Origin: Massilicoli timonensis
GTDB lineage: Bacteria; Bacillota_I; Bacilli_A; Erysipelotrichales; Erysipelotrichaceae
NCBI RefSeq assembly: GCF_900199515.1
Contig: NZ_LT963434.1
Coordinates: forward strand, 1,502,180 to 1,534,179
Length of the DNA stretch: 32,000 nucleotides
Direction of reading: 5' to 3'
Shown here: positions 25,758 through 32,000 of the stretch, in pieces
How positions within the stretch are numbered: position 1 is the first letter of the stretch
How the letters are laid out: each line of letters begins with the position of its first letter
Position numbers and translations under genes: made by a program
The notes under the pieces: generated by a model
What the model was told of the DNA's origin: nothing
Databases searched by the model: none
The model's input: the letters and a program-made list of their open reading frames with translations, nothing else

Positions 25758-27572
25758 ATGAGCAAAGAAAAAAAGCAAAAGACAGGCATCCCGCGTTTGC
25801 TGGAGATGGCCGGACAACGAAAAACTCTGATGATTGTCGGTGCTTCGCTTTCAACGATTGCGGCTTTGTTTCAGTTAGCTCCCTATCTGGCAGTTTATAA
25901 GGTTATGACGGAGCTTCTGCGTAATGCCGCAGATATTAGTCAGGTGGACACTTCCTATATGACTTTTTGGGCTTTATTCGGAATTGTCGGGTTGGTGATC
26001 TGCTATGTGTTTATGTATGTGGGTGGCATGATCGGTCATATCGAGGCTTATCGTACCCTCTATGGAATCCGTGTAAAGCTGTCCGAACATATCAGCGGAT
26101 TGCCTTTGGGGTGGTTCAGCCGCAACTCTATCGGTAAGGTAAAGCAGATTGCGGAGCAGGATGTGGAACAGATTGAACTTTTCATTGCCCATCAGTTCCC
26201 GGATATGATTAGTACCATTGCTGTGATAGTATTTATGGTCATTGTGATGTTCAGCCTGAATATCTGGCTGGCCCTTGCCTGCATCCTACCGATTATTGTC
26301 GGGTTTGTTGTGCAGTTCTCCTTTATGTTCGGCTCTAAGGCCAAAGAAGGACTCAAGGAATACTACGATGCAATGGAAAATATCAACACATCATCGGTTC
26401 AATATGTGCGGGGTATGCCCTCAATCAAAATTTTTGGTCAGACTGTGCGCTCTTTCCGAAAATTCTATGATGATATTATTGCCTACCGTGATATGACAAC
26501 GAAATATGCGGATAACTATGAACCTTGTTATGTCCTGTTCCGTGTATTTGTACTTTCACTTTCCGCATTTATCATCCCTGTGGGTATGCTGTTTCTTACC
26601 GGCAATCCGCAGAATATGGCATTTGCTATGACGCTGCTGTTCGTGTTAATCTTCGCGCCGGGAATTGCTACACCTGTGTTTAAGTTTAATAATTTTGGTT
26701 CCAGCTTCAACAATATCAATGAAGGGGTACGGCGCATTGACGAAGTGTTAAGCACAAGTGAGGTAACAGAGCCGCAGAACAGCAAAAAGCCCGCCGGATA
26801 TACCATTGAATTTCACGATGTATCCTTTTCTTATGAGGATGGTCCAAAGGTGTTGGATCATGTGAGTTTTACCGCTGAGCAGGGAAAGATAACAGCGCTT
26901 GTAGGACCTTCCGGATCTGGTAAATCAACGATTGCACAGCTTATTCCACGGTTTTGGGATGTACAGGAAGGCAGCATAACGATTGGCGGCATAGACATCC
27001 GGGATATGAGAACGGAAGATTTAATGAATACCATGTCTTTCGTATTTCAGGACTGTTTCCTGTTCTCTGATACGCTCTATAACAACATTGCTGTGGGAAA
27101 ACCCGGTGCTACAAGAGAAGAAGTTTATGCAGCGGCAAGGGCAGCGCAATGCCATGAGTTCATTGAGAAGCTGCCCCAGGGTTACGATACCTTAATCGGG
27201 GAAGGCGGTGTTTATCTATCAGGAGGCGAGGAACAACGTGTTTCTGTGGCAAGAGCGATCTTGAAAAATGCTCCGATCCTGATTCTTGATGAAGCAACCG
27301 CCTATGCTGATCCAGAGAATGAATTTCAAATGCAGTTGGCATTACAAGAACTGATTAAAAACAAGACAGTATTGATTATTGCTCACCGGCTGATGACCAT
27401 TCGGAACGCCAATAAGATTATGGTCATCAAACATGGAAAAATCGAAGAAACAGGAACCCATGACCAACTTCTGGCAAATGAAAGAACCTATCATAAGATG
27501 TGGGCGGCCTACACAGCTTCGTCCGATTGGGAACTGAAAAAAGGAACAGATAAGGAGGTGGCAAAGGCATGA
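25758..27572 (+). CDS. ABC transporter permease/ATP-binding protein (type IV exporter fold), heterodimer subunit 1
   Basis: 604 aa. Six-helix TMD plus an NBD with GPSGSGKST, LSGGEEQRVSVARA, ILILDEATAYAD and IAHRL. The stop overlaps the next start (ATGA at 27569-27572). Confidence 0.9.
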   Translation: MSKEKKQKTGIPRLLEMAGQRKTLMIVGASLSTIAALFQLAPYLAVYKVMTELLRNAADISQVDTSYMTFWALFGIVGLVICYVFMYVGGMIGHIEAYRTLYGIRVKLSEHISGLPLGWFSRNSIGKVKQIAEQDVEQIELFIAHQFPDMISTIAVIVFMVIVMFSLNIWLALACILPIIVGFVVQFSFMFGSKAKEGLKEYYDAMENINTSSVQYVRGMPSIKIFGQTVRSFRKFYDDIIAYRDMTTKYADNYEPCYVLFRVFVLSLSAFIIPVGMLFLTGNPQNMAFAMTLLFVLIFAPGIATPVFKFNNFGSSFNNINEGVRRIDEVLSTSEVTEPQNSKKPAGYTIEFHDVSFSYEDGPKVLDHVSFTAEQGKITALVGPSGSGKSTIAQLIPRFWDVQEGSITIGGIDIRDMRTEDLMNTMSFVFQDCFLFSDTLYNNIAVGKPGATREEVYAAARAAQCHEFIEKLPQGYDTLIGEGGVYLSGGEEQRVSVARAILKNAPILILDEATAYADPENEFQMQLALQELIKNKTVLIIAHRLMTIRNANKIMVIKHGKIEETGTHDQLLANERTYHKMWAAYTASSDWELKKGTDKEVAKA

Positions 27573-29308
27573 AAAAGACAAATCCTATTTATCAGGTGAC
27601 GGCGGGAAATCCAAAGAAACTGAAAAAGCCGGTGATCTGGACGGTTGTTACCAATATAAATCTGTTTTCTTTTATGTTCCTGGCACTGTTTGTTATCACG
27701 ATATATTCCTTCTTTGCCGGGGATGCCGGTTCGCTGGATATTAAGACCTTATGGCTTTCATGGGGAGGCATTTTAGCGACTTCCGTTGTGGTATATATTT
27801 TGGAGCGCAAGGCTACTCATGCTACCTTCCATGACGGTTACGCAACGAGTGCGGACGGTCGTATCCGCCTCGCAGAGCATATCCGCAAATTGCCTTTAGG
27901 TTTTCTGATGAGCAAGGACTCCGGCGAATTGGGAAATACCATGATGAATGATTTTAGCCAGATTGAGGAAGGCGTTACCCACATTTTGCCGCAGCTTATC
28001 AGTGGTATCATCGTCGCATTTCTGGCTTTGTTCGGAATGGCTTTTGCTGATTGGCGTATGGCACTGGCTATGTTTGCCGGACTTCCTGTGACCTTCTTAA
28101 TCCTTTGGGGTGTCCGTGTGATTGACCGCAAGCGCGGTGCTGCACATACAAAAGCCAGAATTGAACAAACGAACCGCTTGCAGGAATATCTGACCGGAAT
28201 GAAGGTAATAAAAGCATATAACCTGCGGGGGGCGAATTTCAAAAAGCTGGAGCGGGCGTTCTACAATTTTATGAAAGAAAGCATTAAGCTGGAAGGTGTG
28301 TCTGGCCCGTTTTATCTGATAGCAGTTGCGTTCTTACAGATTGGACTTTCAATGATTACGATGGTCGGCACTTATCTGCTTCTTGGAGGAACACTGGAGC
28401 TGCCAATGTTTATTATCTTTCTTTTAGTCGGTTCCCGTGTATTTGATCCGTTGGTAAGTGCGATTACTCAACTCCCTGTGTTTACTTATCAGGCTGCTGC
28501 GGGAAAGCGCATTGTAGATTTACTGGAAGAACCAACAATGCAGGGTGACGGAGAAGCCCCGAAGGATCACGATGTTATCTTTGAAAATGTCACCTTCGGT
28601 TATGGGGAGGATGTTGTCCTTCACAATGTCAATGCGAGTTTCCCGAAAGGAACTATGACAGCGATTGTCGGACCTTCTGGCAGCGGAAAAAGTACAATGC
28701 TACGGCTGATTGCCCGGTTCTATGATCCACAGAATGGTATTGTTCGTTTTGGAGGTGTTGACGAAAAGACGGTTGATCCGGAAAAACTGATGTCTAAAAT
28801 ATCTGTGGTCTTTCAGGATGTATATTTGTTCCAGGATACCATCGGCAACAACATCCGCTATGGCCGGGAAAATGCCACGCAGGAAGAAATTGAAGCAGCC
28901 GCAAAACTGGCTCATTGTCACGACTTCATCATGGCTCTGCCGGATGGCTATGACACAATGGTTGGAGAAGGCGGCTCCACGTTGTCAGGTGGTGAGAAAC
29001 AGCGAATTTCTATCGCCCGCGCAATTTTGAAAGACGCCCCTGTACTGCTGTTAGATGAAGCAACTTCCTCCCTTGATCCGGAAAATGAAGTGGAGGTTCA
29101 GCAAGCCATCGAAGAACTCGTGAAAGACCGTACTGTGGTAATGATCGCCCATAAATTGAAAACGATTGCCGGGGCCGATCAAATCATTGTATTGGATCAG
29201 GGCGAGGTAAAAGAAGTGGGTACACATAAGGAACTGATGGATAATCATGGTCTATACCGGCATTTGTGGGATATTCAGCAGACTACAGCCGGTTGGCAAA
29301 TCAATTAG
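27569..29308 (+). CDS. ABC transporter permease/ATP-binding protein, heterodimer subunit 2
   Basis: 579 aa. NBD with GPSGSGKST, LSGGEKQRISIARA, LLLLDEATSSLD and IAHKL. Translationally coupled to subunit 1. Confidence 0.9.
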   Translation: MKKTNPIYQVTAGNPKKLKKPVIWTVVTNINLFSFMFLALFVITIYSFFAGDAGSLDIKTLWLSWGGILATSVVVYILERKATHATFHDGYATSADGRIRLAEHIRKLPLGFLMSKDSGELGNTMMNDFSQIEEGVTHILPQLISGIIVAFLALFGMAFADWRMALAMFAGLPVTFLILWGVRVIDRKRGAAHTKARIEQTNRLQEYLTGMKVIKAYNLRGANFKKLERAFYNFMKESIKLEGVSGPFYLIAVAFLQIGLSMITMVGTYLLLGGTLELPMFIIFLLVGSRVFDPLVSAITQLPVFTYQAAAGKRIVDLLEEPTMQGDGEAPKDHDVIFENVTFGYGEDVVLHNVNASFPKGTMTAIVGPSGSGKSTMLRLIARFYDPQNGIVRFGGVDEKTVDPEKLMSKISVVFQDVYLFQDTIGNNIRYGRENATQEEIEAAAKLAHCHDFIMALPDGYDTMVGEGGSTLSGGEKQRISIARAILKDAPVLLLDEATSSLDPENEVEVQQAIEELVKDRTVVMIAHKLKTIAGADQIIVLDQGEVKEVGTHKELMDNHGLYRHLWDIQQTTAGWQIN

Positions 29309-29319
29309 GAGAAATATTT

Positions 29320-29691
29320 ATGAAACTTCATGCGTCCGGGGAGGACTACCTGGAAACCATCCTTGTTCTCCAAAAGAAACTCGGTATGGTACGCTCCGTA
29401 GATGTGGCCCGGCACATGGAGGTGTCAAAACCCAGCGTGTGCCATGCAGTGGCTACCTTGCGGGACGGCGGCTTTCTCACAATGGACGAAGATCACTTTC
29501 TTCATCTGACCGATGTGGGCCGCGAGGTTGCCGAAAAAATCTATGAGCGCCATTGCTTTTTTACCGAGCAGCTTATCGCCGCAGGCGTTGACCCAAAAAC
29601 TGCGGAGGCCGATGCCTGCCGGATTGAACACATCATCAGCGATGAAAGCTTTTCACGGTTGAAAGAGGCAGCCGCACAAGACCAAGAATAA
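29320..29691 (+). CDS. DtxR/MntR-family metal-dependent transcriptional regulator (two-domain form, no SH3-like domain)
   Basis: 123 aa from the ATG at 29320, with AGGAG 8 nt upstream. SGEDYLETILVL, wHTH VDVARHMEVSKPSVCHAVATL, and dimerization/metal region ERHCFFTEQL...ACRIEHIIS. Confidence 0.8.
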   Translation: MKLHASGEDYLETILVLQKKLGMVRSVDVARHMEVSKPSVCHAVATLRDGGFLTMDEDHFLHLTDVGREVAEKIYERHCFFTEQLIAAGVDPKTAEADACRIEHIISDESFSRLKEAAAQDQE

Positions 29692-30127
29692 ACCAAATAA
29701 GACAAGCTATCCTGCCCCGCTAAACGGGGAAAGAAAAAAACCGTTGCAGGGCAGACAGCTTCGTGCGCCTATAATGGATTTTCAGGGTACTGCGGCGGTT
29801 TTGAGTAACATCAAGGCCGCCGTTCCTTATGCCCTCGACAAAGGAGTGACGCCTATACGCTGACACGGCGGCTTTAGGAGGGAGCCGCCATGAAGCACAC
29901 TGACCGCCGACAAATTCAGACGATATTTGAACTATCGTCAAAAAAAGCCCGGCCACCGAACAGCCCCCGTCCGGCAGCCAGTGCGAAAATTGTCACAATG
30001 TAACTGAATACCGTATTTTTTGCGCTCGAATAGCTTTCTGCTGTCCGGGCGTTTTTTCATACCTGTGGGGCCGGAACATCGGGCCAACATGGCCCGAACC
30101 TTGCCCCCGGTGCCGTTCCCCGCCGCC

Positions 30128-30160
30128 CCGTTCAGATTTTCCCGCAAAAAATCTGAACGG
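30128..30160 (+). promoter_or_regulatory. perfect 13-bp hairpin/palindrome abutting the SD of the first sigma-like gene
   Basis: CCGTTCAGATTTT-cccgcaa-AAAATCTGAACGG. The 3' arm overlaps the first bases of GGAGG (30158-30162). Confidence 0.6.
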
Positions 30161-30171
30161 AGGAAAGGCAG

Positions 30172-30585
30172 ATGGAAGTCACCATCCATTACAACGGACA
30201 AGCTGTGGCCGTAGAGGTCACGCTGGAAGTCTATGAATTTCTTGACCGGGCTGACCACAAAGCCGAGAACCTGTCCCATGAGCAGCGGCGGCATTGGGAT
30301 GGCCGGGAGTTTGACGAATACATAGTTGCCACCGAGGGCGTGGGTATCTACGGCGAAACGCCGGAGGAATACCTTTGCCGCATGGAAACACTGGGCGAGC
30401 TGATGGCCGTCCTGGACACCTGCACCGAGGCCCAGCGCCGCCGGTTCCTGCTCTATGCCCTGGACGGGCTGACCCTTGCGGAGATCGGGACGGTGTGCGG
30501 CTGCTCCAAAGTATCCGTCCATGAGAGCATTGACGCGGTTCGGAAAAAATTTTTGAAATTCTTTGCGAACTACCCTAACGAATGA
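30172..30585 (+). CDS. small sigma-70 region-4-like HTH protein (paralog 1, most divergent)
   Basis: 137 aa. C-terminal CTEAQRRRFLLYALDGLTLAEIGTVCGCSKVSVHESIDAVRKKF resembles sigma region 4 / LuxR-type HTH. Confidence 0.65.
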   Translation: MEVTIHYNGQAVAVEVTLEVYEFLDRADHKAENLSHEQRRHWDGREFDEYIVATEGVGIYGETPEEYLCRMETLGELMAVLDTCTEAQRRRFLLYALDGLTLAEIGTVCGCSKVSVHESIDAVRKKFLKFFANYPNE

Positions 30586-30633
30586 CCCCTTTTCGGGCTA
30601 CCAAGTGAAAGGGATTGTTTCCCTTATCCCAGC

Positions 30634-30674
30634 GGGAGGCGGACAGCGGACAAGCTGCCCGCCTCTCCCATTTT
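30634..30674 (+). terminator. terminator/attenuator-like hairpin between sigma-like genes 1 and 2
   Basis: GGGAGGCGG...CCGCCTCTCCC stem with an inner CAGC/GCTG extension, followed by ATTTT. It ends directly before the RBS of the next gene. Confidence 0.45.
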
Positions 30675-30688
30675 CAGGAGGTAAGCCT

Positions 30689-31141
30689 ATGAAAACAATC
30701 AATCTGCGGTGGATTTATCCCCACTACCGGCATGACGAGTTTGTGGAGGTCAGCGATGAAGTTTGGGAGGTCATGCGGCAGGCCCAGCGCGAAATGAACA
30801 ACTATGAGCGCCGGAAGGTCTACCACCGCGCCTACTACTCTCTGGACGCATATAGCTGGACGGAGAACTACGCGCTGGAACACAGCAGATCGCCGGAGGA
30901 AATCCTTTTGGAGCGTGAGGAACGGGCCGTCCGCCTGCGGCTGATTGCCGCCTTGCCGGAGGCCCTGTCTCATGCCACCCCAACACAGGCCCGCCGCGTC
31001 CGGGCCTACTACATCGCCGGTATCAACCAGCCCAAAATTGCCCGGATGGAGGGCGTACACAGCAGCAAGGTCAGCGTTGCCATCCGGCGGGGCCTGCGGA
31101 ATATGCACCGCTGCTATGACGGCCTTTTCCCGTCAGAGTGA
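30689..31141 (+). CDS. small sigma-70 region-4-like HTH protein (paralog 2)
   Basis: 150 aa from MKTINLRWIYPHY. AGGAGG is upstream. Motifs FVEVSDEV, YYSLD, SPEEILLERE and the HTH PTQARRVRAYYIAGINQPKIARMEGVHSSKVSVAIRRG. The track ORF start at 30563 is rejected. Confidence 0.75.
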   Translation: MKTINLRWIYPHYRHDEFVEVSDEVWEVMRQAQREMNNYERRKVYHRAYYSLDAYSWTENYALEHSRSPEEILLEREERAVRLRLIAALPEALSHATPTQARRVRAYYIAGINQPKIARMEGVHSSKVSVAIRRGLRNMHRCYDGLFPSE

Positions 31142-31151
31142 GGGTGGGCCT

Positions 31152-31613
31152 ATGCAGACGATCAATCTCAAACAGTATTACCCGTTCTGCACCGAGGACA
31201 CCTTTGTGGAGGTGTCGGATGAAATTGTCGAGGCGTTCCTGCTGGACAAGCGGGCCGAGGCCGCCAGGGAGCGCAAGATGTACCGCTACAAGGCGTTTTA
31301 CTCCCTTGACTGCAATGATGGGATTGAGAACGCCGCCATTGGCGGGGCGCAGCCATCGCCGGAGGATTTCCTGATGGAAAAGGAGGCGCAGGCCGAATAT
31401 GCCGAACTGCTCCGGCGGCTCTATGAGGCCCTTTCCTCTTTGCCCCCAACGCAGGCCCGCCGTGTCCATGCCCGGTATATGCTGGGGATGAAAGTGAAGG
31501 ACATTGCCGCGATGGAAGGTATCACCCCATCCCAGGCAGGAAAGTCCATCCATGCGGCGCTCCGGCGGCTGCGCCGGTACTTCATACGCCGGAAATGGAC
31601 AAGCGGCCTATGA
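31152..31613 (+). CDS. small sigma-70 region-4-like HTH protein (paralog 3)
   Basis: 153 aa from MQTINLKQYYPF, with the same motif set (FVEVSDEI, FYSLD, SPEDFLMEKE, PTQARRVHARYMLGMKVKDIAAMEG). The upstream in-frame run from 30945 overlaps paralog 2 and is rejected. Confidence 0.75.
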   Translation: MQTINLKQYYPFCTEDTFVEVSDEIVEAFLLDKRAEAARERKMYRYKAFYSLDCNDGIENAAIGGAQPSPEDFLMEKEAQAEYAELLRRLYEALSSLPPTQARRVHARYMLGMKVKDIAAMEGITPSQAGKSIHAALRRLRRYFIRRKWTSGL

Positions 31614-32000
31614 AAACAATCAACCTGAAAAAATACTACTACCCGATTTGTAAGAAAGACACCTTTGTGGAAGTGCCGGACGAGGTGGCAGACGCCATTG
31701 TAGAGGAAAGCCGCGCAGAGGACGCCAATGACGCCAAGCAGCACTATCACTGTTACTCTCTGGACGCATCCCCCGGCATGGAAAACCATTTCCCGGAGCA
31801 GGCCGTTTCCCCGGAGGATATTCTGATGGAGAAGGAAACGGAACGGGAACAGGAGGCCGCCCGCGCCCTGATGATGGAACGGCTCCAGGAGGCCCTTGCC
31901 ACCCTGACACCCCGGCAGGCGAGTTGCCTATACGCCCGGTTTTGGGAGGGAAAGCCCTTCAAGGAGATTGCCGAGGCCGAGGGCTTTACCACATCGGCGG
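31610..32000 (+). CDS. small sigma-70 region-4-like HTH protein (paralog 4, 3'-truncated by window end)
   Basis: Hand translation gives MKTINLKKYYYPICKKDTFVEVPDEV...CYSLD...SPEDILMEKE...LTPRQASCLYARFWEGKPFKEIAEAEG. The start overlaps the preceding stop (ATGA at 31610-31613). It is absent from the ORF track because no stop lies in the window. Confidence 0.7.
   Translation, partial: MKTINLKKYYYPICKKDTFVEVPDEVADAIVEESRAEDANDAKQHYHCYSLDASPGMENHFPEQAVSPEDILMEKETEREQEAARALMMERLQEALATLTPRQASCLYARFWEGKPFKEIAEAEGFTTSA

Larger units (their letters stand above)
19355..32000 (+). mobile_element. large-serine-recombinase element (TnpX/TnpV-type left end) inserted into the T4CP gene; right end not identified
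   Basis: The T4CP reading frame breaks near 19354. The recombinase gene starts 74 nt after the truncated stop. The AT-rich cargo block spans 21.7-29.3 kb. Confidence 0.6.

Noticed and set aside
29715-29754. Intrinsic terminator after the DtxR-family gene
   Set aside because: The hairpins (CCCCG/CGGGG, AACGG/CCGTT, CTGCCC/GGGCAG) are mutually exclusive and are followed by an A-run rather than a T-run on the plus strand. The terminator call is not supported.
29720-31992. Minus-strand ORFs (29720-29956, 29938-30522, 30674-31108, 31071-31553, 31421-31789, 31620-31910, 31753-31992) and plus-strand alternate frames (30945 start, 31138-31374)
   Set aside because: They overlap the plus-strand sigma-like genes, which have RBSs and conserved paralogous motifs. 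These ORFs are typical GC-rich shadow frames with Arg/Gly/Pro-rich products.

Overview
Composite window with three compositional layers, judged by eye rather than computed. (1) Positions 1 to ~14.8 kb are AT-rich Firmicutes-type chromosome. This part holds an ABC-transporter operon in which a 456-aa membrane-protein gene occurs as four head-to-tail, near-identical copies with an exact 1394-bp period. It is followed by a fused ABC exporter, fhs, an RDD-PHP fusion protein, corA (minus strand) and a DUF5662-like gene. (2) Positions ~14.8-19.35 kb are a GC-rich conjugative-element (ICE) segment encoding a ParB-like protein, a DUF4406-like protein, ArdA, a PcfB-like protein and the 5' half of a VirD4/TraG-type coupling protein (T4CP). 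It also contains a ~145-nt nested palindrome and a thrice-repeated 17-bp palindrome. (3) At ~19.35 kb the T4CP gene is cut by an element that opens with a large serine recombinase and TnpV, a Tn4451-like left end. That element carries an AT-rich cargo: an AraC regulator, an ECF-type importer (T, fused A-A', MptD-like S component), two ABC half-transporters and a DtxR/MntR-family regulator. GC-rich DNA resumes at ~29.7 kb with four tandem small sigma-70-region-4-like HTH genes that run off the window. The 3' half of the T4CP gene is not in the window, so the right end of the insertion is unresolved. No rRNA, tRNA or CRISPR array was seen. The best candidates for novelty are the four-copy permease array with a localized variable cassette, the palindromic structures in the ICE leading region, and the recombinase-borne metal-uptake-like cargo that splits the conjugation gene. 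Family names come from motif recognition and memory; no database search was possible.
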